Shown: piece after piece, positions 20,271-32,340 of the stretch
Layout: every line of letters starts with the position of its first letter
How positions within the stretch are numbered: position 1 is the first letter of the stretch
Source: Chamaesiphon sp.
GTDB lineage: Bacteria; Cyanobacteriota; Cyanobacteriia; Cyanobacteriales; Chamaesiphonaceae
Direction of reading: 5' to 3'
Assembly (NCBI GenBank): GCA_965246715.1
Contig: CBDFFH010000052.1
Location: 32,001-96,000, forward strand
DNA: 64,000 nucleotides
Notes under the pieces: model-generated
The model's database searches: none
Seen by the model: only the letters and a program-made list of their open reading frames with translations
What the model was told of the DNA's origin: nothing
Program-made: the position numbers and the translations under genes

Positions 20271-21389
20271 TTAACTCGATCGATCGACAAAATCTTCGGG
20301 CGATCGACGAGAGACATTAACCGCTTTGCCAGTATCGATCTCGAACCAATGAAGGCGATCGGGTGGTAGGATTAGCCCAATTGTCTCGCGATCCCAATGG
20401 CGATCGCTGGGGATGAGGGCACGAAGGGCGATCTCGCTGGAATGGGTACTTTGAATTTGGATCGTTACTAAATAATGCATCCCTAAATTTTCTGCTAAAG
20501 TTACCCGACCGCGAATAACATTTAGATCTGTTGGTGTGGCAATCCGAATGTGTTCTGGACGAATGCCGAGCACGATCGCATTGGGAACGTTCGCGATCTC
20601 AGTTGGTAGCGGAATTTTGGCATCGCCGAGCATGGCATCATGTTCCGCACAGGGAAGTGTCAGCAAGTTCATCTGCGGACTCCCAACGAATCCAGCGACA
20701 AACAAATTGGCTGGACGATCGTAGATATTTGCTGGCGTGTCTAGTTGACTGACATAACCCTCGTTGAGGACGGCAACTTTGGTCGAGAGGGTCATCGCTT
20801 CGGTTTGGTCGTGGGTAACATAGACAATTGGTACGTTTTGGGTCGCGAATAATTGCTTGAGATCGGCGCGTACCCGTTCGCGTAGCAGTGCATCCAAGTT
20901 ACTCAGCGGTTCGTCGAGCAGAAAGACATCGGGGCGACGCACCAATGCCCGACCTACGGCGATCCGCTGGCGTTGCCCACCAGATAGCTGGGCGGGTTTG
21001 CGCTGCATTAGTTCGTCCAATCCCAGCACTTGCGATACTTCTGCGACACGATGGTTGATTTCGCTCAATGGGAGCTTTTTGAGCTTTAGTCCCGAGCAGA
21101 GATTTTCATATACGGTCATGTGGGGATAGAGGGCGTAGCTTTGAAAGACCATCGCAATATTGCGATCGCCTGGACGCTTGAAGGTGACATCTTCACCACC
21201 GATCGCAATGCGGCCGCGCGTAGGGGTTTCCAGTCCGGCGATCGATCGCAAGACGGTGGATTTACCACAACCGGAGGGGCCGAGTAAGGTGAGGAACTCG
21301 CGATCGTCTACCGTTAAAGTGATGTCTTTGACGGGGATGACTTTGGGGGAATAGGTTTTGTTGAGGTTTTGGATTTCGAGTTTGGGCAT
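20271..21389 (-). CDS. Carbohydrate ABC transporter ATP-binding subunit (MalK-like)
   Basis: GPSGCGKS, LSGGQRQR, DEPLSNLD, GIRPEH. Confidence 0.97.
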   Translation of the reverse strand: MPKLEIQNLNKTYSPKVIPVKDITLTVDDREFLTLLGPSGCGKSTVLRSIAGLETPTRGRIAIGGEDVTFKRPGDRNIAMVFQSYALYPHMTVYENLCSGLKLKKLPLSEINHRVAEVSQVLGLDELMQRKPAQLSGGQRQRIAVGRALVRRPDVFLLDEPLSNLDALLRERVRADLKQLFATQNVPIVYVTHDQTEAMTLSTKVAVLNEGYVSQLDTPANIYDRPANLFVAGFVGSPQMNLLTLPCAEHDAMLGDAKIPLPTEIANVPNAIVLGIRPEHIRIATPTDLNVIRGRVTLAENLGMHYLVTIQIQSTHSSEIALRALIPSDRHWDRETIGLILPPDRLHWFEIDTGKAVNVSRRSPEDFVDRSS

Positions 21390-21395
21390 TTATTT

Positions 21396-22244
21396 CTAAC
21401 CTTTGACGGCTCCGGCGGTAAGACCTTGGACGATTTTGCGTTGGAATAATAAGACCAGGATGACTAGTGGTATTGTCCCGATGACTGTTGCTGCGGCGAT
21501 CGGGCCGTAGGGAATTTCAAAGACGGAAGCACCGCCTAATTGAGCCGCCATCACGGGAATAGTTTTCAGTTCTTCGCGGGTGATGAAGGTGAGGGCAAAA
21601 ATAAACTCGTTCCAGGCAAAGATAAAGGTGAGAATTCCGGTTGTGACGAGGGCTGGCAACGTTAAGGGAAGGAGAATGTGGACGAGCATTTGCCAAGTAT
21701 TGTAGCCATCGACCTTGGCGGCATCTTCTAAATCTTTGGGTAATTGTTGGAAAAAGCTCCGCATTACCAAAATAGCTAGGGGTAAATTAATTGCCGTGTA
21801 GGTAATAATTAAGGCCAGATAATTGTTGCTCAGCCTGAATACCTGAATAATTTCCAATAGTCCCAATAGCAGGAGGATACTGGGAAATAAAGTGACGATT
21901 GTAATGCTGGCGAGGAGCGCGCGTTCGCCCCACAATTGCATTCTGGTAAGTGCGTAAGCTGCTGGGGTACCGAGCGCTAATACCATCACTGTAGACGCGA
22001 TCGAAACGACTGCACTATTCAAGATATACCGCCAAAATGGATAGCGGGTAAATAGCTCGATATAGCGATCGAGTGCGAGCTGCGAGGGGAAGTAAACCGT
22101 GGGAACGGCTGAAATATCGCGATTTAGTTTGAATGAAGTCAGCACTTGCCATAACACTGGCGCAAGGCAAAAGATAATAATGGCAACGATCGCTAATGGT
22201 AGCCAGATCCGCTGGAAGATCGACTGCGGTGCGGGTTGAGTCAT
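21396..22244 (-). CDS. Carbohydrate ABC transporter permease (MalG-like)
   Basis: LEDAAKVDG EAA loop, WNEFIFAL. Confidence 0.95.
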   Translation of the reverse strand: MTQPAPQSIFQRIWLPLAIVAIIIFCLAPVLWQVLTSFKLNRDISAVPTVYFPSQLALDRYIELFTRYPFWRYILNSAVVSIASTVMVLALGTPAAYALTRMQLWGERALLASITIVTLFPSILLLLGLLEIIQVFRLSNNYLALIITYTAINLPLAILVMRSFFQQLPKDLEDAAKVDGYNTWQMLVHILLPLTLPALVTTGILTFIFAWNEFIFALTFITREELKTIPVMAAQLGGASVFEIPYGPIAAATVIGTIPLVILVLLFQRKIVQGLTAGAVKG

Positions 22245-23179
22245 AGCTTAACTACTCCAGAAGTGCGGCTGCGGGATTTATGCAGTAACCAACTGGCAAT
22301 CGCTACTGTCACTACTAATATTATAAATGTTACAACTACCAAGGCAGCGCCATAACCAAAATCCAAATAGCGCATCGTCGTCGCGTAAATGTACAACGAA
22401 ACTACCTCAGTCGCTCCACCAGGGCCACCGCCAGTCATCACGCTAATTAAATCGAAGATCCCAAACGCCTGGGCGAAGCGAAAGAGTGACGCGATCGCGA
22501 TTTGGGGCATCAGTAGCGGCAGCGTAATCTCCCGAAAGCTTTGCCAGGAAGTTGCCCCATCGATCGCATGGGCTTCATATAGATCGACAGAGATCGATTG
22601 CAATCCTGCTAATAATAAAATACTCGCGAAGGGTGTCGTTTTCCAAATATCGGCAAAGATGACGCTAACCATTGCTAAGGTTGGCTCGCCCAGCCAGTTA
22701 ATCTCAGTTTTAATCAGCCCCAACCTTAAGAGGATGTCATTGACAACGCCAAATTGGTCGTTGAAAATCCACGCCCAGGCTAAGCCAATCAGCGCAGTAG
22801 GTAACGCCCAGGGCAAGATCGCGATCGTCCGCACTAGATTGCGCCCGCGAAATTGGCGGTTGAGGACTAGGGCGATTCCCAAGCCGAGTAATAGTTCCAG
22901 ACAAACAGAGCTAACTGTGAATACCGTCGTCGTGCCAAAGGTTTGCCAGAAGCGACCATCACCTGCCATTCGCGTGTAATTATCTAGTCCTGAAAAGACG
23001 GGTTGGAGTTTGGTACCGAGATTTTTGGTAAATAAACTCAGCCAAAAGGCTCGGCCGATCGGATAGACAAAGACTAACAGCAGTGGGATGAGGGCAGGTA
23101 ATAATAACAACCATCCTGTATGGCGATCGCGGTTCTCTATGCTCGAAATGCCATCAGTGCGGATCGATCGATCTCTCAT
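22241..23179 (-). CDS. Carbohydrate ABC transporter permease (MalF-like)
   Basis: LYEAHAIDGA, MTGGGPG; ATGA overlap with the next gene. Confidence 0.95.
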   Translation of the reverse strand: MRDRSIRTDGISSIENRDRHTGWLLLLPALIPLLLVFVYPIGRAFWLSLFTKNLGTKLQPVFSGLDNYTRMAGDGRFWQTFGTTTVFTVSSVCLELLLGLGIALVLNRQFRGRNLVRTIAILPWALPTALIGLAWAWIFNDQFGVVNDILLRLGLIKTEINWLGEPTLAMVSVIFADIWKTTPFASILLLAGLQSISVDLYEAHAIDGATSWQSFREITLPLLMPQIAIASLFRFAQAFGIFDLISVMTGGGPGGATEVVSLYIYATTMRYLDFGYGAALVVVTFIILVVTVAIASWLLHKSRSRTSGVVKL

Positions 23180-23262
23180 CTAAACCTCTTAATGGGCGAG
23201 GGGAATGTGGGGAGAAGGTGAGCAGAAGTAATTCAATTCTAACTGCCACCATTCACTATCCC

Positions 23263-24615
23263 TTATCCCCTTCTATTTGCTAACAATTGCCGCGTTTCGC
23301 CTGCCGCAGCCTGCATAGCTCGATCGGGACTCAAGCGATCGGTGAGAGCGGCACTAAGGTAACGTTGCAGAATATCCGATACTTGGGCGTACTGGGCGAT
23401 CGGGGGACGCAGCACGGCAGTTTTTGAGATCTCCAGCAGTTTGGGGTAATACGGGTACTTGGCGACGATCTGCGGATCGGTAAATAATGCGGTGCGGCTG
23501 GGGACATAGCCTGCTGCTAAGATTAATTTCCGCTGTACTGCTTCACTAGTGAAATACTTAATTACCTCCCAGGCTTCCTGGGGATGTCGGGAAGATTTGG
23601 CAATGCCTAAACCCCAACCTCCCAAACAAGCTCCGCCGCCGATTTCATTGGTCTGGCCGAGCGTGGTTTTAATCCCAATTTTGCCCTGAATCGGTGAATC
23701 GGATTTGTTAGCCAACGGCCAAGCATAGGGCCAGCTTCGCATCATTGCAACTCGACCGCTTTGGAACAGGCGACGGGCTTCTTCTTCCTGGTAGGTGGTC
23801 GAGCCTGGGGGTGAAATCCCCAGCCGGAGGGTATCGCGCAAAAAGGCGATCGCTTGGAGAGTTTCCGGGCGATCTAGTCCCACTTCCAGCGAATCGGATT
23901 TGACCCAATAACCACCAAAACCCTGGAGTACTTCGACGAACATGGCTACCAATCCCTCATATTGGCGACCTTGCCAAACGTAGCCCCAATCGATCTTGCC
24001 AGCTTGTTTGAGCGTGCGCGCGATCGCGATCGTCTCGGCAAATGTTTGTGGGGGCTTGAGTCCAGCAGCTGCAAGCAAATCCGTACGGTAGTAAAGTACG
24101 CCCAGATCGGAGCGAATGGGAATGCGGTAGAGTTTGCCCTCAAAGCGTCCCGCGTCGATATCTTTGGGCGAAAAAGCCGCAATCTCGGCTGTGGTGAGGC
24201 GATCGGATAAATCTCGCAACCACCCCGCCGCCGCAAATTTTGATGTCCATACGACATCCATATTCACCAGATCGTAGGGAGAATCGCCCAATAAAAATGA
24301 TGAAGTATAGAGATCTTCGACCAGATTGACCGCATTCGGCCCCTCAACTAGATTGAGGCGGATGTGCGCGTGTGTTTTCTCGAAATCGGCAATTAAACCT
24401 TGCTTCCACGGTTGGGCATCGGGTGTTGTCATCAGCACGGCAAGAGTTATCGGCTGCTGACTCGAAGCTGTCCAGGCAAATAATCCCAGCCCGAACAGCA
24501 ACACGATCGGGAGAATCGCTCGCGGCCAGACGCGATGCTTTGGCGATCGAGCTAGTGCGTTATGCTGCGACATTACTAAAAAATTGCTCCTATCGATTGT
24601 TGACAGTTGCGACAA
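23263..24615 (-). CDS. Carbohydrate ABC transporter substrate-binding protein
   Basis: MDVVW, LYYRTDLL, QGRQYEGL, LGGWGLGI; first gene of the operon; start uncertain. Confidence 0.93.
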   Translation of the reverse strand: MSQLSTIDRSNFLVMSQHNALARSPKHRVWPRAILPIVLLFGLGLFAWTASSQQPITLAVLMTTPDAQPWKQGLIADFEKTHAHIRLNLVEGPNAVNLVEDLYTSSFLLGDSPYDLVNMDVVWTSKFAAAGWLRDLSDRLTTAEIAAFSPKDIDAGRFEGKLYRIPIRSDLGVLYYRTDLLAAAGLKPPQTFAETIAIARTLKQAGKIDWGYVWQGRQYEGLVAMFVEVLQGFGGYWVKSDSLEVGLDRPETLQAIAFLRDTLRLGISPPGSTTYQEEEARRLFQSGRVAMMRSWPYAWPLANKSDSPIQGKIGIKTTLGQTNEIGGGACLGGWGLGIAKSSRHPQEAWEVIKYFTSEAVQRKLILAAGYVPSRTALFTDPQIVAKYPYYPKLLEISKTAVLRPPIAQYAQVSDILQRYLSAALTDRLSPDRAMQAAAGETRQLLANRRG

Positions 24616-24992
24616 ATTTAAGAGCTTAACTACTCCATTTCTTTGGTCTACGATGTCGATCGGGAATGAGGTAAGTCTTTGGTGGAGCCGCTCGATCGGC
24701 TAAATTAAACTAGATAGCTTGTCTGAGTTAGCACGAATCTATGGTGAAAATTTTCGATGTGTCGTCCCCGCAGCGATCGAGAAGTAATGCGTGAGAGCTA
24801 TATAACTAATTTTAAGCTGATTTGTAGAGCAGATACCCTTAACAGTGACGATCGGATTTCCTGCTCGCTCTACCCCGTTGTCAAAATTTTGAAGTTGGAA
24901 TTGCTGTAAAGTGACCGTATTTTTTGACACACTAGCAGAGCCGTGATATTATTGTAGATTGTGTTAACTTTATTCAGATAGACTAGCAATAA

Positions 24993-26342
<1,350 letters not shown>

Positions 26343-26391
26343 AAGCTCTCATTCAAACATTGAAAATTCACCAAATAATTACGAGAAAATT

Positions 26392-26682
26392 ATGGAACTC
26401 GCAGTCGAATTGAAACAACGCGTTGCTGGTAGCAAACCAAATGCACTCCGCCGCTCCGGTCATATCCCTGTCAATCTTTACGGTCACGACGGCAACAAAT
26501 CGCTCTTACTAACACTCGATGCTAAAAGCGTCGAAAATTTAATTAAGAAAGCTAGAATCAACAAAACTCCAGTTGAAGTTAGCATTCCAGAATTATCTTG
26601 GAAAGGCACGACTGTCATTAAGGAAATCCAAACTCACCCTTGGAAAAACTTCCCTTATCACTTGAGCTTTTTTGCGGTGTAG
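26392..26682 (+). CDS. rplY: 50S ribosomal protein L25
   Basis: LRRSGHIPVNLYG...KEIQTHP...HLSF. Confidence 0.93.
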   Translation: MELAVELKQRVAGSKPNALRRSGHIPVNLYGHDGNKSLLLTLDAKSVENLIKKARINKTPVEVSIPELSWKGTTVIKEIQTHPWKNFPYHLSFFAV

Positions 26683-26700
26683 TATCCGTCCCCAGCCCTG

Positions 26701-26792
26701 ACCCACCCCACCCGATCGGGCACCCCTCTCTTGAAAAGGTGCTTAACTTGGGGAAACCCCAAGACCGCACTTTTCGCTCCTCGGAGGGGAAT
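26701..26792. repeat. Small dispersed repeat C carrying a 49-nt hairpin insert (26728-26776)
   Basis: acccacccca...cacccct [insert] ctcctcggaggggaat, compared with the empty copy at 13376-13421. Confidence 0.8.
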
Positions 26793-26808
26793 GAACAGAG
26801 GGGATAGT

Positions 26809-26841
26809 AAAAAGAGGCAGATCTTTCGATCGGCCTCTTTT
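26809..26841. terminator. Bidirectional terminator between rplY and cynS
   Basis: aaaaagaggc-agatc/gatc-ggcctcttttt-type hairpin with A- and T-runs. Confidence 0.7.
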
Positions 26842-26869
26842 CTATTTATTAACGATCGATCTCGCTCGA

Positions 26870-27316
26870 TTACCATTTCTTATAGGGCAAAAATTTACCA
26901 TTCATTGTCACTTTTACCCGATCGCCTTTAGGATCTTCTACCTTCTCGATATCTAGCGTAAAGTCGATCGCGCTCATAATGCCATCGCCGAATTTTTCCT
27001 GAACGATGTCCTTCATTGGATAGCCATACACCTGCATGATTTCATAAAAGCGATAAATGAACGGATCTGTTGGTACTACTGGCCCTAAGCCTTTGCTGGG
27101 ATAGTCCGTCAGCGCGGTTACTATATCTTCACCCAATCCCAATACTTCCACCAACTTCTGTGCGGTTTCCGAGGAAGTAGTATTTTGGCCATAAAACACC
27201 GACGCAATCCACACTTCATCGTATCCCAACAATTTTTCCAGATCGCCAAAGCTCAACCCCTTGGACTTTTTGGCAGCTAGCAAGGTCTGCGTAAATGTTG
27301 GAAATTCTACTGTCAT
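26870..27316 (-). CDS. cynS: Cyanase
   Basis: [29 protein letters not shown]. Confidence 0.98.
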   Translation of the reverse strand: MTVEFPTFTQTLLAAKKSKGLSFGDLEKLLGYDEVWIASVFYGQNTTSSETAQKLVEVLGLGEDIVTALTDYPSKGLGPVVPTDPFIYRFYEIMQVYGYPMKDIVQEKFGDGIMSAIDFTLDIEKVEDPKGDRVKVTMNGKFLPYKKW

Positions 27317-27341
27317 ATTCTCTTAGTATTGTGGTCACTCA

Positions 27342-27384
27342 ACTGTAAACCGCGATCGCACTTGGATTGTGTAACTATACATAC
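27342..27384 (-). promoter_or_regulatory. NtcA-activated promoter of cynS
   Basis: GTA-ACTATACA-TAC at 27371-27384, 23-nt spacer, then TACAGT -10 box on the minus strand (27347-27342). Confidence 0.8.
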
Positions 27385-27440
27385 AGAAAAAAGCTGGACA
27401 AGCGTATTTCAAATCTTGTAAGTAGGCGGTGCAGTAGACA

Positions 27441-27720
27441 CTAATCTAATTTCTTTTGTAAAAATAGCGCATCACCCATTGGCGGAGCGAGTTGATAACT
27501 CTCAAAGCCAAAATTAGTATACGCAGCTCTAGCTGGTGTATTGCCCGATAAGACTTCTAATGTCAATTTACAACATCCCCGCGATCGAGCGACTTGTTCG
27601 GCTTTAGCAAACATCATTTTTGAGATACCCTGCCCGCGATATTCTGGTACCACAATGACATCGTGAATATTTAATAATGGCCGACAAGAAAATGTTGAAA
27701 ATCCTTCGATACAGACGCAA
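27441..27720 (-). pseudogene. 5'-truncated GNAT acetyltransferase
   Basis: CVCIEGFSTFSCRPLLNIHDVIVVPEYRGQG...LTLEVL.GN..A...Y..FGF; in-frame TAA just upstream, N-terminal half absent. Confidence 0.8.
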
Positions 27721-27823
27721 AGCGTACCCTGTAGAGAATCGCGTTAAATTATTCGACATCTAGTATTATCGATCGCTTGTTTAGAGTTACGCTAAAACAA
27801 TAAAATTTGCCACGAGTCGATCG

Positions 27824-28729
27824 ATGTCACAAATTACAGGTACGACAAAATTATTAGGTGTAATTGGCAATCCGATCGCACATTCCCTTTCGCCAGTCAT
27901 TCACAATGCCGCGATCTCGAATTTAGGCTTAGATTGTGTGTATGTGGCATTTCCCATAACTCCTATCAATTTAGCTACCGCGCTAAAAGGCTTCATTGCA
28001 ATTGACGTAATCGGCTGTAGCGTTACCATTCCTCACAAACAAGCCATTATCCCACTCTTAGCGAGCGTCACTCCTCTCGCTAGGGCGGTAGGCGCTGTCA
28101 ATACCATCCGAAACACCAAAGATGGGTGGGAGGGGACGAATACCGATGTGGCGGGCTTTATCAGTCCGCTAGCGGCAATAGCACGGGACTGGACACAGAT
28201 GACGGCGATAATCTTGGGAAATGGCGGTGCGGCACGAGCAGTAGTCGCAGGCTGCCACCAGTTAGGGTGCGGCAAAATTCAGGTGGTGGGTAGAGATGCC
28301 ACCAAGTTAGCTGAATTCGAACACAGTTGGCAAGATATTCAGTTGGCAACAAATAGTAGTAATATTCCACTGTCTGTTAATTTTCAAACCTATTTATGGG
28401 ATGAATTATTAACTCTAATTACTACTGAAAATCTGTTGCTAATTAATAGTACGCCGATCGGGATGCACCCGCATCTGGAAGATAGTCCGATCGGTGCCGA
28501 GCTGATGCGGGGACTACAACCAGGAGCGATCGTCTATGACTTGATTTATACGCCCAGTCCGACTAAATTTTTAGAATTAGCTAAAGATTCTGGGGCAATC
28601 GCGATCGATGGTGTTGAGATGTTAGTAAATCAAGGTGCTGTTGCTTTTGAATGGTGGTTATCAGCAACCGCTCCAGTTAAAATTATGCGGCAAGCTTTAC
28701 TCGATCGGTTGAAAATCAAGGATTGTTAG
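27824..28729 (+). CDS. aroE: Shikimate dehydrogenase
   Basis: HSLSP..HN, VTIPHK, GAVNT, NTD, G.GGAARA. Confidence 0.97.
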   Translation: MSQITGTTKLLGVIGNPIAHSLSPVIHNAAISNLGLDCVYVAFPITPINLATALKGFIAIDVIGCSVTIPHKQAIIPLLASVTPLARAVGAVNTIRNTKDGWEGTNTDVAGFISPLAAIARDWTQMTAIILGNGGAARAVVAGCHQLGCGKIQVVGRDATKLAEFEHSWQDIQLATNSSNIPLSVNFQTYLWDELLTLITTENLLLINSTPIGMHPHLEDSPIGAELMRGLQPGAIVYDLIYTPSPTKFLELAKDSGAIAIDGVEMLVNQGAVAFEWWLSATAPVKIMRQALLDRLKIKDC

Positions 28730-28825
28730 CCCGATCGTGCTTGCTACAATAGCGCTGACGATCGGGAGGTATTATCACTCTGTAAAATAGGAGTAATAAA
28801 CCCCAACCAATCGCAAAATCCACCG

Positions 28826-29137
28826 ATGATAACTTGCTACCTTCGATATGTTGTCGATCCCTTGAAGCTCAATGAATTCGAGTACTATGGCAAACTATGG
28901 ATGCCATTAGTAGAAAAGTTCGGCGGGAAGCATCATGGGTATTTCCTGCCGCATGAAGGGGCGAATAATATCGCGCTGGCGCTATTTTCCTTTAAGAGTC
29001 TGGCGGCTTATGAAGAATATCGTGAGAATGCCGCCCTAGATCCCGAATGTCAGGCAGCAATGGCGTATGCCAGAGAAACGGCTTGCTTCTTGAGTTACGA
29101 GCGTTCGTTCATGCGTCCGATGTTCCAAGAATTTTGA
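28826..29137 (+). CDS. NIPSNAP family protein
   Basis: ITC..RY..DP....FE.Y...W...GG.HHGYFLP.EG...SLAAYE.YR. Confidence 0.85.
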   Translation: MITCYLRYVVDPLKLNEFEYYGKLWMPLVEKFGGKHHGYFLPHEGANNIALALFSFKSLAAYEEYRENAALDPECQAAMAYARETACFLSYERSFMRPMFQEF

Positions 29138-29278
29138 TTGGCACTGGAACAAATCGATTTTGTAGATACGTTCCACCCGCATGGCTCAAACCGATCCTCA
29201 TTCACGAGCATTAATAAGTTTCCGACGGTCGATCGACTGCGATCGACTGTGATTTGTTAGGCTAGATCGATCGCTAAC

Positions 29279-30838
29279 TTGGAGCTGCTCATGATTACAA
29301 CCGAATCCTCCCCTTTAAAGTTAGCCCAGATCCGTTCGGGACTGCCCAATATTTGCGGTTGGGAAGCAGAGATTGCGAAGGCGGTAAATCACACCGCACC
29401 AGTTTTCCTGCCGACAACCAATCTCAACCTAGCCGATATGACTGCTGGCTTTGCATGTGCGCTGCACATGCACCAACCCACCATCCCGGCTGGCTCGCAG
29501 GGCGAACTTATCGGACATCTACAATACATGTTCGAGCATCAAGGTGAAGGCGACAATCACAATGCCGATGTCTTTGCCTGGTGTTATGCCAGGATGGGTG
29601 AATTTATCCCTGATTTAGTTGCCCAAGGTTGCAATCCTCGGATTATGTTGGACTATTCTGGCAACCTGTTATGGGGGTTGCACCAGATGGGGCGAGATGA
29701 TGTGTTAAACCACCTCAAACGGATTACCTGCGATCCGCTGTATCAGCCGCATGTCGAATGGCTGGGGACGATGTGGAGCCACGCTGTAGTGCCATCGACA
29801 CCGATTCCCGATCTCAAATTACAGATCCAAGCATGGCAACAGTATTTTGCCACAATCTTTGGGATCGACGCGCTCAAGCGCGTAAAGGGGTTTTCACCGC
29901 CAGAGATGCACCTCCCCAATCATCCTGATGTGCTGTATGAATATATCAAAGCCCTAAAAGAATGTGGCTATCGCTGGCTGATGGTACAGGAGCATTCCGT
30001 CGAGCGTTTGGATGGTACGAGCTTGCATCACTCCGATAAATATGTCCCCAATCGACTTGTCGCGCGCAATTCTCAGGGCGAAACAATTGCGATTACGGCA
30101 TTAATTAAAACTCAGGGTTCGGATACGAAATTAGTCGCCCAGATGCAGCCCTATTATGAGGCAAAAAGTCTGGGCAAGCAGCAACTCGGCGGGATCTCGA
30201 TTCCCCCCTTAGTTACCCAAATTGCCGATGGCGAGAACGGCGGTGTAATGATGAATGAATTTCCGCGCGACTTTCCCCGCCCGTGGCAAGAAATACGCGG
30301 GCAAAAGAATGGCGTAGTCGGCTGTAATGGGACGGAATATCTAGAACTGCTTGCTGCTGCAGGCGTGAGCAAAGAAGATTATCCAGTCTGTCAGGGCGTG
30401 CAACAACATAAAATCTGGCAACGAGTCGATCCCACACATGCGACTACCCAATTAGTAGCAGCTGCGATCGATTCGTTAACAGCTACCGACCATCAATTTA
30501 GTATGGATGGGGCTTCCTGGACGAGCAATCTCAGTTGGGTGCAGGGATATGACAATGTGCTGGAACCGATGACTCGACTCAGTGCCTTATTTCACCAAAA
30601 ATTCGATCCGCTAGTAGCGGCAGATGCAACGGTGACACAGCGATCGGATTATCAAGCAGCTTTACTCTACAATTTACTCGTGCAAACCAGTTGTTTTCGT
30701 TATTGGGGGCAGGGGACTTGGACAGAGTACGCTCAAGAATTATATCGGCGCGGCTTGGAATTAGTGACAGCCGACGAAGCACCGATCCCCATCCGCAACA
30801 GCGGTATCGGCTTCCAAGATAATCCCGCAATTATCTAA
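29279..30838 (+). CDS. Glycoside hydrolase family 57-like protein
   Basis: LHMHQP, GFSPPEM, IADGENGG, TSCFRYWG; probable start ATG 29291. Confidence 0.85.
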   Translation: MELLMITTESSPLKLAQIRSGLPNICGWEAEIAKAVNHTAPVFLPTTNLNLADMTAGFACALHMHQPTIPAGSQGELIGHLQYMFEHQGEGDNHNADVFAWCYARMGEFIPDLVAQGCNPRIMLDYSGNLLWGLHQMGRDDVLNHLKRITCDPLYQPHVEWLGTMWSHAVVPSTPIPDLKLQIQAWQQYFATIFGIDALKRVKGFSPPEMHLPNHPDVLYEYIKALKECGYRWLMVQEHSVERLDGTSLHHSDKYVPNRLVARNSQGETIAITALIKTQGSDTKLVAQMQPYYEAKSLGKQQLGGISIPPLVTQIADGENGGVMMNEFPRDFPRPWQEIRGQKNGVVGCNGTEYLELLAAAGVSKEDYPVCQGVQQHKIWQRVDPTHATTQLVAAAIDSLTATDHQFSMDGASWTSNLSWVQGYDNVLEPMTRLSALFHQKFDPLVAADATVTQRSDYQAALLYNLLVQTSCFRYWGQGTWTEYAQELYRRGLELVTADEAPIPIRNSGIGFQDNPAII

Positions 30839-30974
30839 TTGATACTACCGTAGGGTGGAGCATAACAATCGCTCAAATCCCTGCGGCTCGGTCTGTTTAA
30901 TCGATCGATAGTACTGGATTGGGATATGAAAGAGTAAATATCTTGATAAGTTAATATTAACTAAAAGATTAATT

Positions 30975-31319
30975 ATGGATGTAGTCGCTAGCATTATTGA
31001 GCTAAAACCAAACTCTCTAGATCGAGTAGAAGAATGGGCTACAACACTCAACAAGTGTGCAGATGAAGCTATTGCAACGCTACAGGATGAAGGTGTGAGA
31101 ATAGAGTCTTGGTTTCACTTGTCACTTGATGATAAGGATTATTTGCTCTGCTATATGCGTGCAGAATCCATGGAAAAAGCGCACCAGGTTGTACGATTCT
31201 CGCCTCATGCCATCGATGCATACCATCAGCAATTCAAGAAAGATACGTGGGGAGTTAGAAAATCTGCGCGGCTTTTAGTCGATCTCATTGATGGTAATAG
31301 CTCAGAACGAGCAGATTGA
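30975..31319 (+). CDS. Hypothetical protein (DUF6176-like)
   Basis: EA..TL..EGV..ESWF...S.H.IDAYHQ.FK. Confidence 0.7.
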   Translation: MDVVASIIELKPNSLDRVEEWATTLNKCADEAIATLQDEGVRIESWFHLSLDDKDYLLCYMRAESMEKAHQVVRFSPHAIDAYHQQFKKDTWGVRKSARLLVDLIDGNSSERAD

Positions 31320-31491
31320 AGTCGCAGCCTTATCCTAATGTAAGAAATATTAATGGTCTAGCTACACATTAGGGCGAATGGTCGGCACACGGGCTGTGAT
31401 GCTTAGTCTACAAGCAAACTCTCAATTTGAGGGCGTTAGATAGACAGATATTCAGTAACTTTTATGCTTTCCTAAAACCTAGCAGTCAAGA

Positions 31492-32073
31492 TTATGCATT
31501 GACACTAATTTTATTTAAGATCTGTAAATTCTGGAGATCGCCGATGCGATCGGGCATTGCTAGTAGTGGATTATCTTCGATATCTAGATATTCTAGGGCG
31601 GATAAGTTCTCGATCGCTAGTGGCAAAACTTCAATATCGTTACTTTTTAGTAGTAAATACTGTAAATTAACTAAAGCTGATACGCTATTTGGTAACGACT
31701 TAATTTTAGTGTATTCGATTATTAACGATCGAAGATTTATCAAATCACCCAGCGACTCTGGTAAATACTGCAAGTTGCTTCGGCAAATTGCTAGTGTCTG
31801 AAGATTGTGTAAATTACCGATCGTGTGAGGTAGTGTCTCGATCGCGGTCGAGTCAATTGCTAATTGTTTGAGATTGGTTAGACTACCGATAATAGCTGGT
31901 AATTCTGTTAGATCCCATCCGGAGATCGTCAGCATCTCTAAACTAGTGGCTCGATTGAGGATCGTGGGGATGTTGCTATTGTCGCAATTTTCTAAGCTCA
32001 AAGAGGTATAGTTTCGATCGATCGCATCGCGAATCAACTGTTCTATTCTTGCCGCTGATAGTTCGTTTGACAT
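31492..32073 (-). CDS. Short leucine-rich repeat protein
   Basis: About six 23-aa LP..IG.L.NL..L repeats; start taken at ATG 32073. Confidence 0.85.
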   Translation of the reverse strand: MSNELSAARIEQLIRDAIDRNYTSLSLENCDNSNIPTILNRATSLEMLTISGWDLTELPAIIGSLTNLKQLAIDSTAIETLPHTIGNLHNLQTLAICRSNLQYLPESLGDLINLRSLIIEYTKIKSLPNSVSALVNLQYLLLKSNDIEVLPLAIENLSALEYLDIEDNPLLAMPDRIGDLQNLQILNKISVNA

Positions 32074-32340
32074 GTAATACTGGTTCCTCAACGAGCGATT
32101 ATCTTTATAATCGACACAACTCAAGCAAAAATATCTATGACAATAAATTTTTGTAACAGGATGTCACTGGCGATTAGTTAGTCTTCTTTCCTAGCATAAG
32201 TTCCAGACATTTCCAGCGCTCTGGCTTATTTAACTAGTCAAAAACTACTATAGTAAAAAAATCTACTTTTTGATAGATGTAACCATCGAGTCAGGTAATT
32301 TAACTTTAAGTAGAGTTCATCATCTACTGGAGTTAATATT

